Below, piece after piece: positions 40,921 to 53,436 of a DNA stretch of 64,000 nt. The position numbers were made by a program, and so were the translations under genes. The stretch is from Octopus bimaculoides (lineage: Eukaryota), in assembly GCF_001194135.2 (NCBI RefSeq), contig NC_068981.1, forward strand, positions 161,438,386-161,502,385, written 5' to 3'. The notes below the pieces were generated by a model. It made no database searches, was not told the origin of the DNA, and saw only the letters and a list, made by a program, of their open reading frames with translations. Positions within the stretch are counted from its first letter, which is position 1. Each line of letters opens with the position of its first letter.

Positions 40921-42030
40921 CTAAGGTGGTGACTCGGCAAAATCGTTAGCATGCTGGGTGAAATGTTTGGCAGCATTTTATCTTTATGGTCTGGGTTCAA
41001 ATTCCACCGAGGTCAACTTTGCCTTTCATCCTTTCTGGAGCGATGAAATAAGTACCAGTCACACGTACTGGGGTTGACTACCACCATCCAAATTTCAAGC
41101 CTTGTATCTATAGTAGAAAGGATTATTTTTATTATTATTAGAATTATTATTTAACTACTGGCCTCAGACAGATGTGTATGATTAAACTTCTGCAGGGGGG
41201 ATGTGGCGCATGTACGAGATCAAGAACACTGTACTTCTGGGGGAAAAAAAAAAAACAGCAACAAAGGACTGAGTCCAGTGTTTAGCTTGTGATGTGGAAA
41301 GTAAGATAAAGTAGATATAATAGCAAGAGAAACAGTGAGGTCATCAAGAGGGTAGAGTGATCCACTGGAAAAACATTAGTTAAGGTGAAAGAGTACAAAG
41401 GGAGGAGAAAATAACTTGACACTGAATTTAATCTAAGTCTGTCCTTGAAGGACCTGTGTATGTATGTACTAGGGTGAAAACACTTGAAAACCAGTGTTGG
41501 TGTGGCAAAAAGACTGATAAATACTGAGGTCAATTTGTTCAACTGAAACTCCTCAAGGCAACACCCCAATCACTACACAAGTAATAGATAGATACAGGAT
41601 AAAAGATTGTGGACTGCATTATTATTAGTAAAATAAAAATACAGGCATCGTTAAAAGGTTGCAAAGTAGAGATATAGATAGAAGCTCCCTAAATTAACTT
41701 GCAATGATTAATGTTAATTATGATAGTAAGATACATGTATGCAATATAAAATTGGTTACAGTGCAACACAAAGTAATCAAATCAGTATCTTTTGACTTCC
41801 TTTTTTTTAAATGCATATTTGTATAGAGATGTTTGTTTGTTTGAAGACTACATACAGCTGCTGTGTCATTCATGTCATTTTGCACTGGGTCACGGGTACC
41901 GCCACCATCATTTTACAACTGTCATTGTGTCAATGTATGCTGACATAACACCACACCTACACAAACAGAGTCACACACACTCAATGTTCTGCAATAGTTA
42001 GCTGATATATTACGACTGTTGTTTAATTTC

Positions 42031-42068
<38 letters not shown>

Positions 42069-42078
42069 NNNNNNNNNN

Positions 42079-42112
<34 letters not shown>

Positions 42113-43107
42113 CACACATACACACATTTATATATACATACGTTTAATTTCATTTACATATATATATATATGTATACATACACACAGCCATATATATATA
42201 CATACACATATATGCAAACGTTTAATTTCCTTTACATATATACACACACATATATATATATACGTACATAGTGGCCATGCTGGAGCACCTTTTTAAAGTC
42301 TAGTACTTATTTTGCTTCTTTTACCAAACTGCCAAATAGACTAACACCAGTTGTTGAGCAGTGATGGGGGTTGGATTAATACAACACACACACAAACACG
42401 TGGACTTCTTTGTAGTTTCTGTCTGCCAAATTCACTCACAAGGCATTGGTCGGCAAGAGACTATAATAGTGAAAATTTGCCCTACGTGCCACACAGTAGG
42501 ACTGAACCTGAAACCAAGTGGATGCAAAGCAAACTTCTTAACCACATAGTCATGCCTGTGCGAATGTGTGTGCGTGTATGTAGGCACCTTATTGAAACCC
42601 TGTCGTGGTCAGCTTTGTTTTTAATCTTTCCAGTGGCTGATTAAAAAGTACAAGTCCAAGGCAAGTAGATTTGCAAAACTATTAGAGCATCAAACAAAAT
42701 GCCTTATGCAATTATTCTGAGTCTCTGTGTTCTAACTGTAATGCCTTATGACTGACAACATTGGCATCAAACTGTATCAATTCACATTTCTCTGGTGACC
42801 CGGAGAAGTGTGAGTAGCATGCACGGACAACTGCTTATCTTCTTACCCAGGTCTGCGTCTTGGAGAGGAATTTTGCAGGTATAGAAATCCATGGCCAGCT
42901 ATGACTGAAGTGAGTACTAGTGTTTGTGTTTATGTGCGTGGAAGTTCAGCATCAGTCAAACTGCAGTTCCTTGCACAAGTGTCTTCTACTAAAGACTCAA
43001 GCCAACCCCAGCTTCATGAATGGATTTGATTTGGTAGATGGAAACCTGATGTAAATTTCCCGAGTCCTCCCCCACCACGGCCGTCGGCGCAATTTTTTTT
43101 TCATATT

Positions 43108-43618
43108 CGTTTACTACACATTATTTTACACTTGTTGCACCATTTTTTTTGTGACCGGGTCCTAAACTGAAGATTAACCAAAAACAAAAAGTTTTCTTAT
43201 TTTCAATTCAGTCAGATCACAGTATTAGTCGTAAGGTACGACATTACTTGATCTGTAACGGTACTTTCTTATTTAATAATGGAGTTACTTATCACAGCAT
43301 GATTGCATATACACACAATGTTGACTTTGAGGTTGGCATTTGTTNNNNNNNNNNNNNNNNNNNNNNNNNNNNNNNNNNNNNNNNNNNNNNNNNNNNNNNN
43401 NNNNNNNNNNNNNNNNNNNNNNNNNNNNNNNNNNNNNNNNNNNNNNNNNNNNNNNNNNNNNNNNNNNNNNNNNNNNNNNNNNNNNNNNNNNNNNNNNNNN
43501 NNNNNNNNNNNNNNNNNNNNNNNNNNNNNNNNNNNNNNNNNNNNNNNNNNNNNNNNNNNNNNNNNNNNNNNNNNNNNNNNNNNNNNNNNNNNNNNNNNNN
43601 NNNNNNNNNNNNNNNNNN

Positions 43619-43652
<34 letters not shown>

Positions 43653-43929
43653 CATATACATACACACATGTATATGTACATATATACCCAACCGTTTACT
43701 ACACATTATTTTACACTTGTTGCACCATTTTTTTTGTGACCGGGTCCTAAACTGAAGATTAACCAAAAACAAAAAGTTTTCTTATTTTCAATTCAGTCAG
43801 ATCACAGTATTAGTCGTAAGGTACGACATTACTTGATCTGTAACGGTACTTTCTTATTTAATAATGGAGTTACTTATCACAGCATGATTGCATATACACA
43901 CAATGTTGACTTTGAGGTTGGCATTTGTT
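43108..43929. repeat. 237-bp identical duplication (43108-43344, 43693-43929) flanking an N-gap; probable assembly artefact
   Basis: Copies appear identical; the first ends exactly at the gap. Confidence 0.85.
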
Positions 43930-44793
43930 CAAAGTAAAACATTTACTGTAAGAAAGAAGAAATAGTAGCGAGAGAGTGTTGGCTGATGATAAATAAATAA
44001 ATACGATCTCGCAGTTGACAAAACATAGAAAACTGAGGAAGCATGCATAACATCGCTATCAGTAGTACTATTTCATCATGATAGCAAACTTATGAAGAAT
44101 AATGTGCTAGAAATAATAGCCAACTCACCCTTGAATCATACTCTACCAGATAATATAATCAGTGAGTAAAGGGGGAAAAAAAAAACGCAATGGAATCATC
44201 CCAACGGGAATACTTTTCATTGGAGCTAAACAACAAAGATAATGATTTGTTTTGTTGTTCACAGTTCTGTACATTTACTTCACCTTGAGGGGGGAAATAA
44301 TATTCCCCCTCCATCCTATTGAGTGTGTATGTATGTATGTGTCCCTTTAGCGTTCTTACTACCCTCTCAAATACAATGTTTATTTATTCACATGATTCTG
44401 GATTATCTTCTAGCTTTGAGATTTTGATGATGTGATTGTTTATTCTTAGAATACCAGATCTGACCGGTTTCAACATAAAACAGGTAAAATATTTGGGCCG
44501 GATATGACTAGTTTAAATGCTAAAGTGTTTTATATTTTCATATTAGTTCATAGATGAAAATCAGATATTCTCCGTATAGAATACACTTAGTAGTGCTCAA
44601 GAGATTTAAACTTGAGCGGGTAGAGAAGAAAAATAATAGGACATTAAATACATGAAATACAAAAAAAATGTATGTTTCGCAGTTAAAATTTAAAAACTAG
44701 TCTTATGTACGTGTACATATGTGCGCGCGCGTACACATTCTAGTGGTTTCAAACATTCGATTGTGGTCCTTCTAGTACTGTTAACACACCAGA

Positions 44794-45159
44794 GGAGGCG
44801 CAATGGCCCAGTGATTAGGGTAGCGGACTCGCGGTTTCGATTCCCAGACCGGGTGTTGTGAGTGTTTATTGAGCAAAAACACCTAAAGCTCCACGAGGCT
44901 CCGGCAGGGGATGGTGGCGAACCCTGCTGTACTCTTTCACCATCGACTTTCTCTCACTCTTACTTCCTGTTTCTGTTGTGCCTGTAATTCAAAGGCTCAG
45001 CCTTGTCACACTGTGTCACGCTGAATATCCCTGAGAACTACGTTAAGGGTACACGTGTCTGTGGAGTGCTCAGCCACTTGCACGTTAATTTCACGAGCAG
45101 GCTGTTCCGTTGATCGGATCAACTGGAACCCTCGACGTCGTAAGCGACGGAGTGCCAAC
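44794..45159 (+). mobile_element. tRNA-headed SINE family E with 11-bp TSD; inverted older copy at 36836-37209
   Basis: aacacaccaga at 44783-44793 and 45160-45170; A/B boxes; (CAA) tail. Confidence 0.9.
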
Positions 45160-46414
45160 AACACACCAGACTATTTATCATTTTAGTAAAAACGTACTAC
45201 AGCTGTTTGCGTAATATGCACCGAATGAAAAATCATACAAGTATACACACAGACAGACAAATATCCTACAGCTTCAGGCACTATTTAAGTGCACAACTCA
45301 GGATAGCTTTAAAATGCATCTCAAAACATCACCTTTTCCTTTTGTTAAATGTATTAGTATATTAAACGAATTGGTTTACCAAACATCCAATGTACATTCA
45401 TTCATTCGACTTTATATCAATATTTATAGTTTGTACTATGACTCCGTCATAAAATGTTTATTACCTTTATCTCAGAAATTTAGTATGTAATAAAAAAAAA
45501 AACTGTCATCTTATGAGATTGAGTGCTAATATATTTACTGCGTAATGTTAATTTCTTAGGATATTAAAGTTTCCAAATTTATGCACATGGCCAGCAATGC
45601 GGAAGGTGGGTAAGTCATATCAACGACAAGCATTCTTTATTGGCACTTTATTTCGTTGACATAGAAAAAAAATGAAAGGCAAAGCTGACCTGAGTAGGAT
45701 CTGAACTCAGGCCATGCATTACTATAGAAAGTTAATGAGAAAGCGTGACATGCATTTGCTTTGGGCCAATTTTTCAACCTGTCATTTTGGAGCTAAGGAG
45801 CAACCAAATTCATCAAGAATAAAGTAGAAGCATAGAATCCAAATCACCGCAAAAGGTACATTCTACTGTTTGACTTCCACAAGAATATATAGTTAGACCT
45901 AGATAATCCGAACAAGATAGGTGCAGAGTATTCTGTTTGGTTTAACACCTAATTTTTCATGTTTGCATGTAGATTATTGAGGCAGATTTTCAATGACCAG
46001 ATGTTATCTCTGTCACCAGCCTTTACCTGTTTCCAAGTAATGTTTTCCCATAGCCAGACATGATTTTGCAGAATACAGGAAATGAATGACATGATGCCAA
46101 CACAAGGAGACACAAACAAACATGCGTACTTTTGGTGATTCGCTGTGCTTCAGAAGACACGTCAAGCTAAGTGAAATCGTACATGACACGTACAAGGTAC
46201 CCGGTGCTGGTGACACAAAAATCACCAGGTACACAAAACAGACTGGAGTCTGGTGTAGCTCTCCAGCTTACTAGTTCCAGTCAAACCCATGCCAGCATCG
46301 AAAACGGCTGTTAAATGACGCTGATGATGACACACACACACATACTTGCTTCAGTTTCTGTACTCACAAGGTTTTAGTAGGCCATGCAGTGAGACTCCTC
46401 GCGTGGGGTCGGTC

Positions 46415-46480
46415 GTTAAGAAGCAAACTTCTTAACTACACAGCTATGTGGTTAGGAAGCAAACTTCTTAACTACACAGC
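46415..46480. repeat. 36-bp-period tandem duplication inside a family-B SINE head
   Basis: gtta.gaagcaaacttcttaactacacagc twice. Confidence 0.85.
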
Positions 46481-47359
46481 CTAGCCTGCGCCTATAAAAA
46501 TACTCAACTTGACATAATTATATAAAAACAAGAATAAGATAGAAATAAAAGTATGTTTACATTTTTTTTTTTTTTTTGTGATTCAATTGATAAAATGTAC
46601 TTTTATACAATCTTTGATGCCTTTACGTTAAGGTTCCAGAAGCTGTAAAAACCGCCTTTCTGTTCAATTGTCAGTGATTGCTTTCTCTTCACGAACGGCA
46701 ACAAACTCGATTACTTGTAACAGATAAACATTCATAGCAAAATTTGTAGAGTGAAACTGAGACACGTACCATTGATTTTGCTATGCTTATAAATTCTTTT
46801 GCATATCTGTCATTTTTATGAGTACAATTATCTTTTTTGTTTTCAAGTGACCGACTGAAATCAAACTGAAAAAGATTTTGCATCTATAATTTTGTTTTCT
46901 TTACTAAGTTAGACAATCTAAAAAAATTAAAACATGGTAATTTAACTATCCTCTTGCAAATCACAACCCACTGCCATGAGAAATACTAACGTAACTGATA
47001 CACAATACCTTTTGATAACTGTAAACAAGATGTTATGTGCTAGTGTTTACGATGTAATATTTTTAGAATACAAAGTAACTTTTAATTGTTGTAAATAAAC
47101 GTCGAAATTAGATTACAAGTTGAGCAATGGGGTCGTGTAATCGACTTACACCCTCCCCGAAATTGCAGACGTTGTGCCAAAATTTGAAACCGATAATTTT
47201 TTAAATTTAACACAAGGCTAGAGAAGGTGAAACCGACTCAATTGTTGTCCATTTTGTTTTGTTATTTTCTGTTTATACGTTATACATACATGTTTCCGGT
47301 CTTTGCACCGTCCCTAATTGTCTTCAGATCTTTTGTAGCAAATGAAGAAATTATTACTA

Positions 47360-47576
47360 GGGCGGCGAGCTGGCGGAATCGACAGCACGTCGGACAAGAT
47401 GCTTAGCAGCATTTCGTCCGTTTTTGCGTTGAGTTCAAATTCCGTCGAGGTCGACTTTGCCTTTCATCCTTTCGGGATCGATGAAATAAGTACCAGTTAT
47501 GCACTGAGATCGATGTAATCGACTAGCCCCCTCCACCCAAATTTCAAGCCTTATGCCTATAGTAGAAAGGATTATT
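47360..47576 (+). mobile_element. SINE family A with Meta-like central domain. Other copies near 3313-3870 (x3), 7441-7660 (-), 7805-7990, 9496-9680, 11975-12160 (-), 15310-15490, 25280-25420 (-), 40686-41125 (x2), 59340-60095 (x4), 60545-60720
   Basis: ggcggcgagctggcggaatc head, gaggtcgactttgcctttcatcctttcgg.gtcgat.aaataagtaccag core, (ATT)n tail; about 18 copies. Confidence 0.9.
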
Positions 47577-49056
47577 AAAGCTAGGATATAAACGAAGTCA
47601 AAATTGAGAACTTCCACTCAATAAAATTGCTAGCGAAGAAGAGACAGATAAAGAAATTATTTAATAAGAAACAAATTTCATAAACCGAATTTACTATAGC
47701 TTAAACTCATATTTAGTTTATTAATTTTACAGACTATAAACCTTATATTTAGAGAATAAATATATTTACACTATGTCTGTTCTCCCATAGTCACCAGGTG
47801 ACATATGCTGGAAATTTCATTTCTTAATTAGTTAGAAATGTCATCAAGTGGTTTAGAAATAAAGAATCTTTGTTCGAACCCAGTTTGGGACCATACTCTT
47901 TTACTCGTTTCAGCCCTGCGGCTGTGGTCATGCTGGAGCACCACCATGTACATATTTCAGGGGGGGGGACCCGATGAAGATCGGGGCTGAAGATAATGAA
48001 ACCTAATGCAAATATACATACTCTCTAGAGATAAGGTTTAATAATACAGAAAATTATAATCGTAATAAAAACGACTCAGACATTTATTTAGACATTTAAT
48101 CCCACTTATTAGAAACCATACGGCACAATGCACTACTTACCAAAGTACTTGGTCTATATCTATTGTTGTTAACCTGTACCGGTTTTACAGACAAGATAAT
48201 TGAAGAAAACGAACAAAGATTAAATTATAAACATTCATATAATTATATAAGTACAATAATGAATGCTTAACACTGGCTTATGTATAAAAGTAGAATCTAA
48301 TGCTATTCTTATTATGTATCGGGTAGTAGATAGGAAGATGGCTAGCAAAAGTTAGACCCAGCTTTCTGTAAATCTATCTTCTACTATATAAAAAAAGAGC
48401 CGATAACTACTATAATCAATGGCCAAAAAATGTGTGTATATATACATAAATATAAAGAAAGTGAAACGAATCAAGTTACCTTTAGCAATTAATGTATGAG
48501 TGTGTTCTTAAAAGTGCGTATCTGTGTTACGTTCAATGTAGACGGTCTATAAGACATAAAACATAGCTAAATAAAGCGATCTGTCAAAACAGGTAATCTG
48601 ATAATATTTTGTAGCTATCATTACCTTCAACATTTGTAATGATAAAATATAATCTAGTCGTGCGGGTTTAAAAACTAGTTCAGAAATTTCTTTCTTATTT
48701 GCTCGCTCATTCATTCATCCATTCTCTTGCTAGCATGAAGTTACTCGGTAATGAATGGCATCTGGTTATCATCGAATTGGTTGGCCAAAACCACACTTTT
48801 TCTTCTTTTATTTATTTATTTTTTTCTGAAGAACAGCGATTTATATTTGAATGTAATTCCAAATAGATATAATCAATGTATATTTTAAAATGTGGTGGCG
48901 CGTAGCTTAGTGGTTAGGAGTGTTGCACTCATAGTCATAAGACTGTAGTTTCGATTCCTGGACCGGGCCGTTGTTCAGTCCATTCAAGATAAGTAATCCT
49001 GCGACAAACCGGCGTCCAGGAGGGGAAATATATATGCCACAGAATCCAGCCTTATA

Positions 49057-49871
49057 TACGTGGTGTGATCAATAAGTATCCGGACTGTTACCATAGTAAC
49101 AAAGCTAAATCATACAGAGTGAAACCGCTTGACTCAGACTGACTTTGAACTCTGCTGTGCATCCGCACTAAGTTTTAACGTTCTAGCTCACTTCCGCTGT
49201 TTACAGCAGTGCTTAAAAGGAACGTGTGTAGCGTGTGATCGTCGCAATGACCATGACAGAGAAAGTTGAGCAGAGAATCTGCATCAAATTTTGCCAAAAT
49301 TTTGGCGATACCTGCTCAGAGGCCTATGCAAAGTTTTCATCATTCTCGACACAATCAAGATCTTGTGCAACATTTTGATCAGCTGAAAGCAGTTTTGGCA
49401 CAAACTTGGCAGATACGCGTCTCATACCCAAATCTTCAGTGATAATGGACTGAACTGAACCGTAACTAATCTGCACATCCTCTGATAACTTCCGGATACT
49501 GATTCGACGATTCCCCCCTCACAGCTGCACGCACATTGATGTTTTACTCAGTTCTGCTGGTTGTGGGTTTCCCAGAACGTTCATCACTATCGACATTTTT
49601 TCTGCCATCTTGGAAACTCTGAACCACTCTTACACTTGTGTGTGGCTCATACACTCCTCTCCATACACTTTCTGCAACTTTGCGCAGGCCTCTGAGCAGG
49701 TATCACCATGACAACTTTTTCTACCATGGTCAATGCGATGATCACACGCTACACCCGTCCTTCCAAGTACTGCTGTAAACAGCGGAAGCGAGCCAGAACG
49801 TTAAGACATAGTGCGAATGCATAACAGAGTTCAGGGTCAACCTTTGTCAAGTGGCTTCACTCTGCATGCTT
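49057..49871. mobile_element. Two mariner 5' halves joined tail-to-tail (fold-back)
   Basis: Plus: TIR-like tacgtggtgtgatcaataagtatccgga and MTMTEKVEQRICIKFCQNFGDTCSEAYAK from 49247. Minus: decayed GDTCSEACAKLQKVYGEECMS..EWF..DERSGKPTTS..RRISIRKLSED..LGMRRVSAKFVPKLL, the mariner HTH and VPxxL linker region. Confidence 0.85.
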
Positions 49872-51105
49872 TGGAGAGGGAGAAACTCAATAAAAATAGT
49901 TAAGAGAACAAAATTGTTAGCCAAAAGGAAGTGACCATATTTCTTCGTAAAAGCTCTTGTTATTGTTTAGCTCCGGATTAACGCTGACTAAACAGACCTA
50001 TGATCGAAAGCATTCCAATCGTGACCAATCCGTCTTTGTTATATATCTAGAATGACCTTTTTTAGTGTGCCCTTTCATTTCTTCCAAAGGGACTTTGGCT
50101 GCTGTTTCTAGTGTTTCGACTACATACTGAAAGTCCTTCGCTGGCGTGTTTGGTAATAGGTAATATTGTTTTCGTTAAATAAATCGACTTCAGTTATATA
50201 TTATTTAAAACCAAGTAAACACCAGTTACCAAGTGAAGTGAGATGGGGGATATAGTTACAAAAACATGCACTACACTACACACACACGTATTAATGACTT
50301 AAGTGTGTGTATGTCATTGTTCAGCTTTATTTCAAGATTTATTGCCAATAGAGAAAGAGCCGGTTTCTAACCTAGATCCAATGCTCCTTCATTGGAATTT
50401 CAACATCAACAGGGTGGGTGAGTATGTATGTATGTATGTATGTATGTCTTCTCATGCATATACTTGCATTGCTCATATACACTTAAATGATAAACTTTTG
50501 AAAAGTTTTACAGATTTTAACACTTCTAGTGATGGCTTAGATCTGTAGTCTTCGAATCAGCATGCATGTATGTATGTGTGTATGTATGTATGTAGTGCAC
50601 TCACACGGTTACGAAGCTACGAGAGAAAGACAATTGCTCACGGTGCCACGCAGTGAGACTGAACCCAAAACCATGGGGTTGAGAAGGAAACTTCTTACCA
50701 TGAAGCCATGCATGCGCCTTATAGTGAGTGATATTTTATGACAAAAAAAAAAAAAGAGCTAATGTAAATTAAGATTTAAAAAATTGTAAAATATCAAAGA
50801 AAAAGATAAAGATTTTGAAATATTAAATGTTATAAACAGAAACTTATGATTGTTGTTTATAAATTTCGTATTTTATATTTTGCAGTTATAAAACCCATTA
50901 ACCAATAGAGACAGAGAAATTTAAAAAAATATATTTTTAAATGAAACCAAATAAGAAAAACGATTTAAACAGTGAAGTGTTGTCGATGTAGCATATGTTA
51001 ATTTATTATCACATGTGAACAGCTAAGAAAGAATGGAAAGGCTACTTAAATTAAAAATGAATGTCTGTAGTATATAGATTATATAGATAATATATGTTGT
51101 ATGTG

Positions 51106-51138
<33 letters not shown>

Positions 51139-51157
51139 TAACATATATAAACATGTG

Positions 51158-51198
<41 letters not shown>

Positions 51199-52965
51199 AT
51201 GTATATACACATACACACACATATAATTGTTGCAAATTTTATTGATAACAAACTAATAAGCTGGATGTTGATGTTAGGAGGATAGAAATATTTTAGTTGG
51301 AGATAAGAGCTATGTGGAGCCGGCGAAAGGAAAAACTCAACATCAGTCATGGGAAAACTGCAACCCGCAGGATTTTCTGAATAGCATGCCTAATGAAAAA
51401 TGACCTAGAATATTCTTTTAGAAGTGCGGCCCGCCTCATGACGGACCATGTCTCATGCGGCCCGCTTTTCGAAAAAGGTTGCTATTAGCTGTTCTACAGA
51501 TTTACACGGACGTGTGTAACAAATAACAGGATGATACCTACAAAGTATAAATAACCCAGCCGTCAAAAAAAAAAAATAAACGAAAAGAAACACATTGGGA
51601 AATGTAGTCTTAGATACACAAGACGATGATTTATTTTCAACCTTGGCTTAAACAACTTCGATATACGTCTCTACACAGACAAAATATCTATGCCATCATA
51701 CCAAGTTAATAAACATATTTAAGGCATGCATCCCCTCTTCTAATTTCGCGCTACGTTCAGCTGTTGTCTTTCATACCATACATTGCCAATTTATTCCAAA
51801 CCTCTCTAGAATGCTAACGATTCAATTCTCCAGACTGTTAACTCTATCTTTTGTGTTTTACAACTATATTTGATAAGTTAAATCTTCAGTATACACACAA
51901 GCAAGATGCACACGCAATCGTCATCGTTTAAACATCTATTTTCCCATGCTTGCATCGGACAGACAAAAATATGCTGGGACAAAGTTTTCTCGCCAACTCC
52001 ACTTGTTTCTGGGTGAAGAAATAATCTCCCAGCCTATTGAACAACAAACGGTCTAGATTTGTTTATAAGGAGAAAATGACAATGTATTTCTTTACAAAAT
52101 CGTGCAACATTTGATGAAAAAAAGTCTGGACATGCTTTTGAGGTGAACTGCAAGCAAACGACAACGTCAACACGTCATTCTTTACAACCAGTGCATACAC
52201 GCGAAGATGAGGGAATTACTCCCACATACATATATTCATATATGGTGGGCCTCTTTCAATTTCGCTTACCGAATTCACTCACAAAGATCTGGTCGGCCCA
52301 GGAGTACAACAGAAGGACTTTGCACATGGTGCCATAAAGTGGGACTAAATCCAAAACCAAAGTTGTAAAGCTAATTCTTCACCAAATAGCCATACCTGCG
52401 TCCATTCTGAGTTTAAATCTTACCATAGTCAACATACACACACACACACAAAATAGGAATGAAGGTAACACAAAAGACACTAAATTGTGGAGTATAAAAT
52501 TTTAATGAATTGTGTATTCCTTCAATTGACACTACTACTGATAATTTTGCCCTTCTATTTGTATAATGCCCTTTAATTCACCTTCACTTGACGATTGAGT
52601 GAAGAATGGCCATTAGCTGTCAAATTTGTGTTATAACTCTGCCTGTATACTTGCTTCAGCACATGCATTGAAAAGTCTATGCGTATACATCTTTGTCTTC
52701 ATCTGAACTGTATGATATATGTGCATGTATCTGTCTTATTACTTTAAATAATTAATGTGTGTGTGTGTGTGTCTGTCTGTGGGCCCAACTCCATGCCAGC
52801 TTGAAAAGTGGACATAAAACAATGATGATAAAGGTGTGTCAACTGTAGCCTATGAACTTTAAATTGTTGAACATTTATAAATGAAGGAAGGTCACAGTAA
52901 GTTAATTACCCATTTTTCTGAAGTGCTCAATGAGTAGTGGACAGAATAGAAAAATATAAACTAAA

Positions 52966-53005
<40 letters not shown>

Positions 53006-53300
53006 AGCAAAAAATTAATACAAAAAGCAATATAAAAAGAAATGTATATATCCATAGGAAATTTTCTGCTTCCGCCACTATGCTTTATACATTGTTTCCT
53101 TCTACTTACATATTGATTTATTAATGGAATGTTATTGAATTAATTATATGTTGAATACTATTTAAGAGAAAATATATGATGGTGAATGAGGTTGAAATTA
53201 GATTAAATAAATATGAAAATAAAAGTGAGTATATTTATATACTTATGTTACTGCTGTTTGCATATTCCAAGGGTTTTCTTTTTTTTTTTTTTTTCAATAG

Positions 53301-53436
53301 ATAACCCTTGCTTGTGAGAACATGACGAAATTGTGTTGCAGTTCCATAATAGGATGTGATTTTGCGAAGGAACAAAGATGACAAGATACATTTGGTTACA
53401 TGTACATAGGTACTTTATCCAAGTGTCCACTCAATG
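53301..53436 (+). other. Candidate 136-nt spliced exon on the plus strand (5'UTR or lncRNA; no through-open frame)
   Basis: Long poly-T tract + caatag| acceptor; ATG|gtaagt donor. Confidence 0.35.

Larger units (their letters stand above)
43000..52300. promoter_or_regulatory. CpG-retaining zone; putative promoter/first-exon region
   Basis: By eye, more CG dinucleotides in unique sequence and in SINE copies than in the flanks. Minus-strand donors TTG|GTAAGT (48141/48140) and AAG|GTAATG (48625/48624); CCAAT-like attgg near 48776. Not quantified. Confidence 0.3.

Noticed and set aside
43248-43772. ORFs of 126-167 aa (also 37128-37487)
   Set aside because: They read through N-gaps.
47944-47989. 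GC-rich hairpin cccgat-gaag-atcggg
   Set aside because: No CTAG terminus at Helitron spacing and no hammerhead core.
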